This document shows positions 1 to 8,590 of a DNA stretch of 32,000 nt, piece after piece. Position numbers and translations under genes: made by a program. Source of the stretch: Xylanibacter ruminicola 23 (GTDB lineage: Bacteria; Bacteroidota; Bacteroidia; Bacteroidales; Bacteroidaceae); NCBI RefSeq assembly GCF_000025925.1, contig NC_014033.1, positions 690,001 to 722,000 on the forward strand, read 5' to 3'. The notes under the pieces are model-generated. The model had not been told where the DNA came from and ran no database searches. It saw only the letters and a list, made by a program, of their open reading frames with translations. The first letter of the stretch is position 1. The number at the start of each line of letters is the position of its first letter.

Positions 1-59
1 AAATATGTTGCTGGTTTCTTTAAAATAAGTTAATTAATAATCATATTTTAGGGGAATTT

Positions 60-90
60 TTTGCAGGTGTCGAAAATAGTCGTATCTTTG
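60..90 (+). promoter_or_regulatory. Bacteroidota-type promoter candidate (TTTG-N19-TATCTTTG)
   Basis: TTTG at 60-63 and a TAnnTTTG-class -7 box (TATCTTTG) at 83-90, separated by a 19-nt spacer. No + strand CDS follows, only about 65 nt ending in a hairpin plus T-tract. Confidence 0.45.
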
Positions 91-95
91 CACCG

Positions 96-161
96 TGTGT
101 TTTTCATAGTATTAGATTTAAGGTTAACAAAGGTTAGGGTCACAGCGGTGACCCTTTTTTT
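96..161 (+). ncRNA. candidate small non-coding RNA (orphan promoter to intrinsic terminator)
   Basis: The stretch lies between the promoter-like motif (60-90) and the GGGTCAC-AGCG-GTGACCC hairpin plus T7 tract (137-161). It has no ORF and no family I recognise. The ends are inferred, not measured. Confidence 0.3.
136..161. terminator. rho-independent terminator hairpin
   Basis: 7-bp GC-rich stem GGGTCAC/GTGACCC (137-143 / 148-154), 4-nt loop, then 7 T on the + strand (155-161). It also directly abuts the stop codon (160-162) of the - strand gene 160..444, so it may work in both directions. Confidence 0.6.
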
Positions 162-444
162 ATATCCATCTTCTGCGTTTGCCCTTATCTTTGCCAAACA
201 GCGAGCTGTAGCCTTTCATGAGTTTGCGTACCAGTAGAATAGCATCTACAGCCATAAAACCATTGCTTACCAGGCTGGCAATATAGTCGCCCTTCGACAC
301 CTCGTCGCGCTTCAGGAATGTCTGGTTCCAAAGCGACGAAACCTTGTCCTTATCTTTCTGGATCTCGTCAAGCAAAGCATCCTTGCGCTCGCGAATCTCT
401 TCGAGCGTGCAAAAATCGGTGGTTGTTTTCTTGTTGTACGGCAT
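160..444 (-). CDS. small conserved hypothetical protein (last gene of the YtxH/holin-like operon)
   Basis: 94-aa ORF, 5 nt downstream of the preceding - strand gene. It has a charged helical N-terminal half and one hydrophobic stretch (IASLVSNGFMAVDAILLV). I recognise no catalytic motif. Confidence 0.55.
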   Translation of the reverse strand: MPYNKKTTTDFCTLEEIRERKDALLDEIQKDKDKVSSLWNQTFLKRDEVSKGDYIASLVSNGFMAVDAILLVRKLMKGYSSLFGKDKGKRRRWI

Positions 445-449
445 AGTGC

Positions 450-800
450 TTATTTACTGAGTAGCAAACCTGCCAAGAACCTAACCAGAGGTTTCTCGAT
501 CCAAGGTTTGCGGAAGATGATAAATAGAATGAACAGCAGCAGATAGAGTAGCGATATGATGAGGAAAGCCAGAGCCGTACCAGTATATGTTGCCAACCAG
601 AAGGCGAGGGCAAACGACAGGTAGGTAAGGCAAGCCGCTATCACCAGTATAAACACGATAGCCAAGGCGGCAGCCGTAACCAGACGTACCACCTTGTCTA
701 TCATATCGAGCTTAACGTATTCCGTTTGTAGCCCGAGATAGTGTTTCAGCACCTCTATCAGCTGTGCTATATTCTCAACGTTCTTATCGCTCGACAGCAT
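450..800 (-). CDS. holin-like small membrane protein (Holin-X/DUF1469-like)
   Basis: 116 aa with two long hydrophobic helices (VVRLVTAAALAIVFILVIAACLTYL and ALAFLIISLLYLLLFILFIIF). Its stop is 3 nt from the ytxH-like gene. The family assignment is from memory of similar Bacteroidota annotations. Confidence 0.55.
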   Translation of the reverse strand: MLSSDKNVENIAQLIEVLKHYLGLQTEYVKLDMIDKVVRLVTAAALAIVFILVIAACLTYLSFALAFWLATYTGTALAFLIISLLYLLLFILFIIFRKPWIEKPLVRFLAGLLLSK

Positions 801-803
801 GGG

Positions 804-1019
804 TTACTCCTCCTCGGTTGCTGCGTCCTGAATGTCGTCAACGAGATCAACTACCTCTTTACGGCTCAGTTTGATGTTGTGCTTCTTCAGGAAGTCCTCT
901 ACAGCATCAGTGATACGAACGCGAGTGTCCTGTCCCTTTTCGGGGGCTACCAGAATACCAAGAGCTGCGCCAGCAATGGCACCGCCAAGAAATGCGCCAA
1001 TGTAACCTAAACTTTTCAT
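804..1019 (-). CDS. YtxH domain-containing protein
   Basis: 71 aa. The N-terminal Gly/Ala-rich helix GAFLGGAIAGAALGILVAPEKGQDTR is typical of the YtxH family, and the tail is acidic. Confidence 0.75.
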   Translation of the reverse strand: MKSLGYIGAFLGGAIAGAALGILVAPEKGQDTRVRITDAVEDFLKKHNIKLSRKEVVDLVDDIQDAATEEE

Positions 1020-1068
1020 AATCTTACTGCTTTTAAAATTAATACTTAATACTTAGACTATTTGTCTG

Positions 1069-1076
1069 CAAATATA
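1069..1076 (-). promoter_or_regulatory. -7 promoter box (TATATTTG on - strand) for the ytxH operon
   Basis: CAAATATA on the + strand is TATATTTG on the - strand, about 50 nt upstream of the ATG at 1019. Confidence 0.45.
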
Positions 1077-1249
1077 CGAAAGTTTTCGGTTGTTATGCAA
1101 AAATCAGCCAATTTTTTAATAAAAAAGTTGTGTTTTGCCCGATTTAACAAACTTTATGTGGTGTTTTGGCTCGCTTTTGCGCAATAATTAGTAATTTCGC
1201 ACACAAAAATAGAATCAAATAAGTAATTAAAAAATAAAAATTAGGAAAA

Positions 1250-1744
1250 ATGAAAAAGTACACTGTATTATGCGCAGGTTTGTGCATGGCATTGGCAATG
1301 ACAAGTTGTAAGACTAACGAGAGTGCCTATAAGAAGGCTTACGAGAAGGCTAAGCAGTACGATACAGCTCAGCAGCAGGCTGCTCCTGTTGTTGAAACAG
1401 CCCCCGTTGTAGCTCCTGTAGAGGCTAAGCCAGCTACTGAGACTCAGGTAGTAGACAATCTCGACAACGTATCAGTACGCCAGGAGAGTGTATCGCTGAT
1501 TAGTGGTAGTGGTTTGAAAGCATTCAGCGTAGTTGTTGGCTCGTTTGGTGTTCGCGCCAATGCCGAGGGCTTGATGCAGCGCCTGAAGAATGCTGGTTAC
1601 GATGCCCAGGTGGTTAAGAACGATGATAAGAATATGTATCGCGTTGTCGCCTCTACCTTCTCTGATAAGGCTGCAGCAGCTGCTAGCCGCGATCAGATTC
1701 GTGCGTCATATCCCGATGCTTGGTTGCTGTATAACGCTCGTTAA
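1250..1744 (+). CDS. SPOR domain-containing lipoprotein
   Basis: Lipoprotein signal peptide (LAMTSC), an Ala/Pro/Val/Gln-rich linker, and a C-terminal SPOR-like fold (FSVVVGSFGVRANAEGLMQRLKNAGYDAQVV...YRVVASTF). Confidence 0.8.
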   Translation: MKKYTVLCAGLCMALAMTSCKTNESAYKKAYEKAKQYDTAQQQAAPVVETAPVVAPVEAKPATETQVVDNLDNVSVRQESVSLISGSGLKAFSVVVGSFGVRANAEGLMQRLKNAGYDAQVVKNDDKNMYRVVASTFSDKAAAAASRDQIRASYPDAWLLYNAR

Positions 1745-1753
1745 TTAGCAACA

Positions 1754-2167
1754 TTGGCTCGAATATTATCAATAGATTACGGTAAGAAACGTACCGGACT
1801 GGCAGTCACCGATCCTCTACAGATTATAGCTGGAGGATTGGCGACTGTTGCTACATCCGAACTCTTCGACTTCCTGAAGGCTTATATTGCCCGTGAACAG
1901 GTAGAGATGATAGTGATTGGCGAACCACGTCAGCCTAATGGCGAACCTAGTGAGAACCTGGCACGTGTGCAGCAGTTTGTGAACCGTTGGCGCAAGGCTG
2001 TGCCCGAAGTTCCTATCCAGTATTACGACGAGCGTTTTACCTCGGTGCTGGCCCATCAGGCCATGCTGGATGGTGGATTGAAGAAAAAGGCTCGACAGAA
2101 CAAGGGATTGGTAGATGAAATCTCGGCTACCATCATTCTCGAAGATTTTATGCGTTCAAAAAAATAA
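1754..2167 (+). CDS. ruvX: Holliday junction resolvase-like protein RuvX (YqgF)
   Basis: N-terminus ILSIDYGKKRTGLAVTD and the motifs IVIGEP and DERFTS are typical of YqgF/RuvX. The start is TTG at 1754. Confidence 0.85.
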   Translation: MARILSIDYGKKRTGLAVTDPLQIIAGGLATVATSELFDFLKAYIAREQVEMIVIGEPRQPNGEPSENLARVQQFVNRWRKAVPEVPIQYYDERFTSVLAHQAMLDGGLKKKARQNKGLVDEISATIILEDFMRSKK

Positions 2168-2193
2168 TTATCAATTATTAATTTTCAATTAGA

Positions 2194-2754
2194 ATGATAT
2201 TACCTATTTATATATTTGGTCAGCCTGTGCTTCGTAAGGTGGCCGAAGATATTACACCCGATTATCCTCAGTTGAAGGATTTGATTGGTGATATGTGGGA
2301 GACACTCGCTGAGTCGGAAGGTATCGGACTGGCTGCTCCTCAGATTGGTAAGCCCATCCGCTTGGTTGTGATCGACCTGGATGTGCTTTCGGATGATCTG
2401 CCTGAGTACAAAGGCTTTAAGCAGGTGTTTATCAATGCTCATATCGTAGAGTACGATGAGAGTAATACCGATGTGTCGGAAGAGGGTTGTCTGTCAATTC
2501 CTGCTATCCACGAGAAGGTTACACGTCCTACCCGTATCCACGTAGAGTGGGATGACGAGAACTTTGAGCACCACGACGAGTGGGTTGAGGGTTATCTGGC
2601 TCGTGTTATGCAGCATGAGTTCGACCACCTCGACGGTAAGATGTTTGTCGACCGTATCTCGCCACTCCGCAAGCAGCTCATTAAAAGCAAGTTGCGTGCT
2701 TTGACACAGGGTCGTTTCCGTTGTGGTTACAAGACCAAAGTGGCCAGAAAATAA
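2194..2754 (+). CDS. def: peptide deformylase
   Basis: All three deformylase motifs are present: [17 protein letters not shown] and HEFDHLDG. Confidence 0.95.
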   Translation: MILPIYIFGQPVLRKVAEDITPDYPQLKDLIGDMWETLAESEGIGLAAPQIGKPIRLVVIDLDVLSDDLPEYKGFKQVFINAHIVEYDESNTDVSEEGCLSIPAIHEKVTRPTRIHVEWDDENFEHHDEWVEGYLARVMQHEFDHLDGKMFVDRISPLRKQLIKSKLRALTQGRFRCGYKTKVARK

Positions 2755-2756
2755 AA

Positions 2757-4706
2757 ATGCGTCGCATTTTCCTGTTTCTGGCATTCCTGCCGTTATTGGT
2801 CCAAGCGCAGTTTAATACCGATCGCTTGGTGATGATAGGGCGCTCGGCACTCTATTACGAAGATTATGTGCTGTCGATCCAGTATTTTAATCAGGCCATC
2901 AGCATGAAACCTTGGCTCTATGAGCCTTGGTTTTTTCGTGGGGTGGCCAAATTTTATTTGGACGACTACCGTGGAGCCGAGAGCGACTGTACCGAGGCAA
3001 TCGAGCGCAACCCTTATGTGGTGAGCGCTTACGAATTGCGCGGTTTGTGTCGCATTAACCAGAAGAAATATAGCGCAGCGGTGAGCGATTACGATCGTGC
3101 CCTGCGTTACGATCCTGACAATCAGGGACTTTGGCATAATCGTGTGCTCTGTTTGATTCAGGATAAGAAATACGATTTAGCTTTGGCGCAGATTGATACG
3201 ATTTCGGCCCGCTGGTCGAAATATGCGCGTGCTTACTCGATGCAGGCCGAGATTTATCTGCTGCAGCAGGATACTGCCAAAGCTGTGAAATCGCTTGATA
3301 AGAGTTTGGAACTCGATCCTTACGATGGTGGCATCTGGGCCGAGAGAGCCGTGATTAGTCTGGCTCGCCAGAAGTGGAAGGAGGGCGAGGAGTTCCTGAC
3401 TAAGAGTATCCACTTGTTGCCCAAACACTCGGGTAACTATATTAACCGTGCATTGGCCCGATTTAATCAGAATAACCTGCGTGGTGCAATGGCCGATTAT
3501 GATACAGCGCTCGATTTAGATCCAAACAACTTCTTAGGTCACTATAACCGCGGACTGTTGCGTGCCCAGGTGGGTGACGATAACCGTGGTATTGAGGACT
3601 TTGACTTTGTGCTGAAGTTGGAGCCCGACAACCTGATGGCGCTATTTAACCGTGCCCTGTTGTTGGAGCAGACGGGAAACCTGCGTGCGGCCATCCGCGA
3701 CTATTCGAAGGTAATCGAGGAGTATCCTAACTTCTGGTTCGGATTGCAGCATCGTGCCTCGTGTTATCGCCGATTGGGTAATACCAAACAGGCCGAACTT
3801 GACGAGTTCCGTATCCTGAAAGCTCAATTGGATAAACGATATGGTAAGCAGCCACGACTCTCGAAAAAGCAGATGCGTAAGCGCAGCGATATCGATCCTG
3901 ATAAGTATAACCAGCTGGTTGTAGCCGACGAGCAGGAAGTGGAGCATGAGTACAAGAGCGACTATCGTGGACGAGTGCAGAACCGTAAGACTGCGGTAAG
4001 TTTGCAGCCCATGTACGGACTTACTTTTGTGCAGCCACAGAACGACGTGAAGGTTGAGAATCCATACGAAAACAGTGTGGATGCCTTTAATCAGACGTCG
4101 GGTTCGCATACTGTTTATCTTTCGTGCGAGCAGCGTAACCTGAGCGAGGTTCACATGAAGCGTACCTTTGCGTATATCGACTCGTTGAGTAATGTCATCG
4201 ATCAGACGAAGGTAACGTCGAAAGTGGCACCGTTGCTGTTGCTGCGTGCCATTGCTTACGCCACTATCCAGAACTTTGATAATGCAATCGACGACCTGAG
4301 TATCTGCTTGCAGATCGACTCAACCTCGTCGTTGGCCTATTGGCAGCGAGCCGTTTGTCAGGCTAAGATTAATGAGTTTAATGCCTCTGAGGGTACCAAT
4401 GTAGATCTTAAGTCGGCTAATGTGCTTGGCGATTTGTCGGATGCCATCATGTTGGCACCACATAACGCGTACCTATATTATAATAGAGGTAACCTTTACG
4501 CTATGCGTCGCGACTATCAGCGTGCCATCGCCGATTACTCGCAGGCACTCAAACTTAATCAGGATCTGGCCGAGGCTTGGTTCAATCGCGGACTGGCAAA
4601 AATCTACGCCAAACACGTGGATGAAGGTATCGAGGATCTTTCGAAAGCTGGCGAATTAGGACTCTATCAGGCATATAGTGTCATCAAAAAGTATCGCGAA
4701 AAGTAA
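2757..4706 (+). CDS. secreted tetratricopeptide (TPR) repeat protein
   Basis: Many TPR-like units (A..Y..AL..DP.N motifs recur throughout). I prefer the ATG at 2757 because it gives the signal peptide MRRIFLFLAFLPLLVQAQ, whereas the 2721 start overlaps def. Confidence 0.85.
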   Translation: MRRIFLFLAFLPLLVQAQFNTDRLVMIGRSALYYEDYVLSIQYFNQAISMKPWLYEPWFFRGVAKFYLDDYRGAESDCTEAIERNPYVVSAYELRGLCRINQKKYSAAVSDYDRALRYDPDNQGLWHNRVLCLIQDKKYDLALAQIDTISARWSKYARAYSMQAEIYLLQQDTAKAVKSLDKSLELDPYDGGIWAERAVISLARQKWKEGEEFLTKSIHLLPKHSGNYINRALARFNQNNLRGAMADYDTALDLDPNNFLGHYNRGLLRAQVGDDNRGIEDFDFVLKLEPDNLMALFNRALLLEQTGNLRAAIRDYSKVIEEYPNFWFGLQHRASCYRRLGNTKQAELDEFRILKAQLDKRYGKQPRLSKKQMRKRSDIDPDKYNQLVVADEQEVEHEYKSDYRGRVQNRKTAVSLQPMYGLTFVQPQNDVKVENPYENSVDAFNQTSGSHTVYLSCEQRNLSEVHMKRTFAYIDSLSNVIDQTKVTSKVAPLLLLRAIAYATIQNFDNAIDDLSICLQIDSTSSLAYWQRAVCQAKINEFNASEGTNVDLKSANVLGDLSDAIMLAPHNAYLYYNRGNLYAMRRDYQRAIADYSQALKLNQDLAEAWFNRGLAKIYAKHVDEGIEDLSKAGELGLYQAYSVIKKYREK

Positions 4707-4719
4707 ATTTTTCGATTAA

Positions 4720-4753
4720 TTTGCATTAATTTGGAATAAAAGCACTATCTTTG
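4720..4753 (+). promoter_or_regulatory. promoter candidate for thrS (TTTG ... TATCTTTG)
   Basis: TATCTTTG at 4746-4753, 35 nt upstream of the thrS ATG. TTTG elements lie at 4720-4723 and 4730-4733. Confidence 0.5.
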
Positions 4754-4788
4754 CACGCAATTTCAAAATTCAAACATATATTGTAGAT

Positions 4789-6735
4789 ATGATGATTAAC
4801 ATTACATTCCCAGACGGATCTGTTCGCTCGTATGAGCAGGGCGTAACTGGTTTCCAGATTGCAGAGAGCATCTCTCCGGCTCTCGCACGCAGCGTTGTAA
4901 GCTGTGGAGTAAACGGTGAGACAGTAGAGCTGAACCGTCCTATCAATGAGGACGCTACCATCGAGCTCTACAAGTTCGACGATGAGCAGGGTAAGCATAC
5001 CTTCTGGCACACATCGGCCCACTTGCTGGCCGAGGCACTGCAGGAGTTGTATCCTGGCATACAGTTCGGTTTCGGACCTGCTGTCGAGAATGGTTTCTTC
5101 TATGATGTACTGCTGAAGGACGGCGAGAGCATCAAGGAGAGCGATTTTCCAAAGATTGAGGCTAAGATGAAGGAACTGGCTGGTAAGAAAGAGCCTGTTG
5201 TTCGTCGTGAGGTACCTAAGGCCGAAGCCCTGAAGCAGTTTGCTGAGTGGGGACAGACCTATAAGTGCGAGCACATCGAGCAGGATCTTGAAGACGGTTC
5301 AATCACTACCTATACCCAGGGTAATTTCACCGATCTGTGCCGTGGTCCACACCTCGTGGATACAGGCGAGATCAAGGCCGTTAAGCTCACCTCAGTAGCA
5401 GGTGCTTTCTGGCGTGGCGATGCTAACCGCGAGCAGATGCAGCGCTTGTACGGTATCTCATTCCCAAAGAAGAAGATGCTCGACGAGTATCTTGAGATGC
5501 TGGAGGAGGCTAAGAAGCGCGACCACCGTAAGATTGGTAAGGAGATGGAACTCTTTATGTTCTCAGAGAAGGTAGGTAAGGGTCTGCCTATCTGGTTGCC
5601 AAAGGGTACTGAGCTCCGTCTGCGTCTGCAGGATCACCTGCGTAAGGTGCAGAAGCGTTTCGGCTATCAGGAGGTTATCACTCCACATATTGGTTCTAAG
5701 AACCTTTACGTTACCTCTGGTCACTATGCACACTATGGCAAGGATTCGTTCCAGCCTATCCATACCCCTGAGGAGGATGAGGAGTACATGCTGAAGCCAA
5801 TGAACTGTCCTCACCACTGCGAGATCTTCGCTTGGAAGCCACGTTCATACCGCGATCTGCCTCTGCGTATCGCTGAGTTCGGTACTGTATATCGCTATGA
5901 GCAGAGTGGTGAGCTGCACGGACTGACTCGTGTACGTTCGTTCACACAGGATGATGCGCACCTGTTCTGTCGTCCCGACCAGGTTAAGCAGGAGTTCCTG
6001 AACGTGATGGATATTATCGGTATCGTGCTTACTGCCTTCGGATTTAACTTCGAGGCTCAGATTTCTCTGCGCGATCCTAACGACCATGATAAGTATGTAG
6101 GTACTGATGAGGACTGGGCTCTGGCTGAGAAGGCTATTGTTGAGGCTTGTCAGGAGAAGGGCCTGCCTGCAAAGGTTGAATATGGCGAGGCTGCTTTCTA
6201 TGGTCCTAAGCTCGACTTCATGATTAAGGATGCTATCGGTCGTCGTTGGCAGCTGGGTACTATTCAGGTTGACTATAACCTGCCTAAGCGTTTCAACCTC
6301 GAATATACCGATGAGGATAACCAGAAGAAGACACCTGTCATGATTCACCGTGCACCATTCGGATCGATGGAGCGTTTCTGCGCTGTGCTGATCGAGCACA
6401 CCAGCGGTCACTTCCCCTTGTGGCTGACACCTGACCAGGTAGCTATCCTGCCTCTGTCGGAGAAGTACAACGACTATGCTCAGGAGGTTGCCAAGAAGTT
6501 TGATATGGGTGGTGTTCGTGCTACCGTTGATATGCGTAACGAGAAACTGGGGCGTAAGATTCGCGACAACGAGTTGAAGCGTATTCCTTACATGGTTATC
6601 GTAGGTGAGAAAGAGGCTGCCGAGGGTACTGTAGCTGTACGCCCACAGGGTGGTGGCGAGCAGAGTGTTAAGACCATTCAGGAGTTCATCGACGAGGTAA
6701 ATGCTCGTGTAGCTGAGATGACCAAAGACTTCTAA
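4789..6735 (+). CDS. thrS: threonine--tRNA ligase
   Basis: 648 aa with a TGS-like N-terminus, the editing-domain motif HTSAHLLA, a class II core (MNCPHH, FTQDDAH, HRAPFGS) and an anticodon-binding C-terminus. It sits upstream of infC-rpmI-rplT. Confidence 0.97.
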   Translation: MMINITFPDGSVRSYEQGVTGFQIAESISPALARSVVSCGVNGETVELNRPINEDATIELYKFDDEQGKHTFWHTSAHLLAEALQELYPGIQFGFGPAVENGFFYDVLLKDGESIKESDFPKIEAKMKELAGKKEPVVRREVPKAEALKQFAEWGQTYKCEHIEQDLEDGSITTYTQGNFTDLCRGPHLVDTGEIKAVKLTSVAGAFWRGDANREQMQRLYGISFPKKKMLDEYLEMLEEAKKRDHRKIGKEMELFMFSEKVGKGLPIWLPKGTELRLRLQDHLRKVQKRFGYQEVITPHIGSKNLYVTSGHYAHYGKDSFQPIHTPEEDEEYMLKPMNCPHHCEIFAWKPRSYRDLPLRIAEFGTVYRYEQSGELHGLTRVRSFTQDDAHLFCRPDQVKQEFLNVMDIIGIVLTAFGFNFEAQISLRDPNDHDKYVGTDEDWALAEKAIVEACQEKGLPAKVEYGEAAFYGPKLDFMIKDAIGRRWQLGTIQVDYNLPKRFNLEYTDEDNQKKTPVMIHRAPFGSMERFCAVLIEHTSGHFPLWLTPDQVAILPLSEKYNDYAQEVAKKFDMGGVRATVDMRNEKLGRKIRDNELKRIPYMVIVGEKEAAEGTVAVRPQGGGEQSVKTIQEFIDEVNARVAEMTKDF

Positions 6736-6801
6736 AGTTAAATATTTATAAAATTATTCAGATAATTAATAGTCCAGAGCTCAAAGTTCAAAGAAAATTA
6801 G

Positions 6802-6809
6802 TAATTTTG
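6802..6809 (+). promoter_or_regulatory. -7 promoter box TAATTTTG upstream of infC
   Basis: Matches TAnnTTTG and ends 25 nt before the infC ATG. Confidence 0.4.
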
Positions 6810-6834
6810 CAGCCGATTTCTTAAAAAGTAGTTA

Positions 6835-7542
6835 ATGAAGAATGACAAATTGAAGAATCAGTACCGTATCAATGAACAGATTCGAGTACGTGAAGTCCGC
6901 ATCGTAGGCGACGAGGGATCGTCGGTTATGTCTACGCGTGATGCACTCAACCAGGCCCGTGACATGGGAGTAGACCTCGTGGAGATTTCTCCTAATGCCA
7001 ACCCGCCAGTGTGTCGTCTCATCGACTACTCCAAGTTCCTCTACCAGCAGAAGAAGCGCCAGAAGGAAATGAAGGCCAAGCAGGTAAAGGTTGAGGTAAA
7101 GGAAATTCGATTCGGACCTCAGACTGATGAGCACGACTATCAGTTCAAGCTGAAGCATGCTCGTGAGTTCCTCGAAGAGGGCAACAAGGTACGTGCATAC
7201 GTATTCTTCCGTGGCCGCTCTATCCTGTTCAAAGAGCAGGGCGAGGTGTTGCTGCTCCGTTTTGCTAACGACCTTGAAGAGGTTGGAAAGGTTGAGGGCA
7301 TGCCATCACTCGAAGGCAAGAAGATGTTCCTCTACTTGGCTCCTAAGAAGGCTGGTTCGGCCAAGAAGAGCCAGCAGGCTCGCGACCGTGAGGCCGCTCA
7401 GCTCGAAGCTAAGGAGGCAGCAAAGCAGCAAAAAGAGGCTCAGACTGAAGAGACAGCTGAGATTCCAGCAAACGGTGGTCTTTTGGGTAATGCTAAGATT
7501 AGTGCCGATGCACTGAAGAAGCTGACTGAGAGCGAGGATTAA
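6835..7542 (+). CDS. infC: translation initiation factor IF-3
   Basis: The N-domain ([17 protein letters not shown]...[15 protein letters not shown]) and C-domain ([17 protein letters not shown]) are recognisable. A ~60-aa Lys/Glu/Ala-rich C-terminal tail follows. Confidence 0.93.
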   Translation: MKNDKLKNQYRINEQIRVREVRIVGDEGSSVMSTRDALNQARDMGVDLVEISPNANPPVCRLIDYSKFLYQQKKRQKEMKAKQVKVEVKEIRFGPQTDEHDYQFKLKHAREFLEEGNKVRAYVFFRGRSILFKEQGEVLLLRFANDLEEVGKVEGMPSLEGKKMFLYLAPKKAGSAKKSQQARDREAAQLEAKEAAKQQKEAQTEETAEIPANGGLLGNAKISADALKKLTESED

Positions 7543-7621
7543 TTAGAGAAGAAAAAGAAGGTGGCGCGCCCGGTATATGCGTGGCCGCTGGATATTAATA
7601 ACAATTTAAATTTTTAAAACA

Positions 7622-7819
7622 ATGCCAAAAGTAAAGACAAACTCTGGTGCAAAGAAGAGATTCTCTTTCACTGGAACAGGTAAGGTAAAGAGACGTCATG
7701 CCTTCCACAGTCACATTCTGACAAAGAAGACCAAGAAGCAGAAGCGCAACTTGGTAGGTACAACTATCGTTGATCCTAGCAACATGAAGCAGGTTCGTGA
7801 TCTGTTGTGTCTCCGTTAA
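7622..7819 (+). CDS. rpmI: 50S ribosomal protein L35
   Basis: MPKVKTNSGAKKRF...H is the typical L35 pattern. The protein is 65 aa and very basic. Confidence 0.95.
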   Translation: MPKVKTNSGAKKRFSFTGTGKVKRRHAFHSHILTKKTKKQKRNLVGTTIVDPSNMKQVRDLLCLR

Positions 7820-7853
7820 ACCTATTGTCTAACATTTAAAAGAAGTAAGAATT

Positions 7854-8198
7854 ATGCCAAGATCAGTAAATCACGTTGCATCAAGAGCAAAGCGTAAGAG
7901 AATTTTGAAGCTTACCCGCGGTTACTTCGGTGCCCGCAAGAATGTTTGGACAGTAGCAAAGAACACATGGGAGAAGGGTTTGACCTACGCCTATCGTGAT
8001 CGTCGCAACAAGAAGCGTAACTTCCGCAGCCTGTGGATCCAGCGTATCAACGCTGCCGCTCGCCAGGAGGGTATGAGCTACTCAGTTCTGATGGGTAACC
8101 TCGCTAAGGCAGGTATCGAGATTAACCGTAAGGTTCTCGCTGACCTCGCTATGAACAATCCCGAGGCTTTCAAGGCCATCGTAGAGAAGGTAAAGTAA
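7854..8198 (+). CDS. rplT: 50S ribosomal protein L20
   Basis: [29 protein letters not shown]...[23 protein letters not shown] is the canonical L20 sequence. Confidence 0.95.
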   Translation: MPRSVNHVASRAKRKRILKLTRGYFGARKNVWTVAKNTWEKGLTYAYRDRRNKKRNFRSLWIQRINAAARQEGMSYSVLMGNLAKAGIEINRKVLADLAMNNPEAFKAIVEKVK

Positions 8199-8226
8199 AT
8201 TAAACGACTTACCAAGTCTTAAAATA

Positions 8227-8258
8227 AAACCCCTGCCAATTGGCGGGGGTTTTACTTT
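8227..8258. terminator. bidirectional rho-independent terminator between rplT and the STAS gene
   Basis: 8-bp stem CCCCTGCC / GGCGGGGG (8230-8237 / 8242-8249) with an AATT loop. It is flanked by an A-run upstream and T-runs downstream, so a T-tract follows the hairpin on either strand. The flanking genes converge. Confidence 0.7.
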
Positions 8259-8260
8259 TG

Positions 8261-8569
8261 TTAATCCTTAAACTTAAACAGATGTACAAAGCCTGTGGTT
8301 TTGAACACGTCGTACACATTAGGCTGCAGGCCATGGATGAATATTTCGCAGTGGTTGATCCAGCCCTGCTGGGCGATGTGCATCAGTATTCGCAGACCGC
8401 TCGACGATATGTATTCGAGCTGGGTGCAGTCAATTACTATTTCTTGCTCAAAGTAGTCGTACAGCGGCCTAACTTCTCTTTCGGCGGCTGTTGATACCGA
8501 TGTGTCCAAGCGCCCTATCAGTATCAGTGTTACCTGGCGCTCGCCTGTTTTCTCGATTTTAATTTCCAT
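8261..8569 (-). CDS. STAS domain anti-sigma-factor antagonist (SpoIIAA/RsbV-like)
   Basis: 102 aa. LIGRLDT...IDCTQLEYISSSGLRIL contains the conserved phosphorylatable Ser context ([FY]I[SD]S[ST]GL). It lies 21 nt downstream of the sensor phosphatase/kinase gene. Confidence 0.85.
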   Translation of the reverse strand: MEIKIEKTGERQVTLILIGRLDTSVSTAAEREVRPLYDYFEQEIVIDCTQLEYISSSGLRILMHIAQQGWINHCEIFIHGLQPNVYDVFKTTGFVHLFKFKD

Positions 8570-8590
8570 CTCTATCTCTTCTCTTTATTT

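Noticed and set aside
450-800. Holin-like gene as a sign of a prophage or lysis cassette
   Set aside because: No endolysin, spanin, capsid, tail or integrase genes are nearby. It is embedded in a ytxH-type small-protein operon.
2721-2756. Upstream-extended starts offered by the ORF track (2721 for the TPR gene, 10995 for the cytidylate-kinase-like gene, 13934 for the secreted protein)
   Set aside because: The extensions either overlap the preceding gene (def) or contain the likely -7 promoter box. The downstream ATGs give a proper signal peptide or the conserved N-terminus.
4726-6411. Antisense ORFs (182, 84 and 188 aa) opposite thrS
   Set aside because: thrS is unambiguous on the + strand, so these are shadow ORFs without independent signals.
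8240-8494. 84-aa + strand ORF overlapping the STAS gene
   Set aside because: It starts inside the rplT terminator hairpin, has no promoter, and is antisense to a clear STAS domain ORF.
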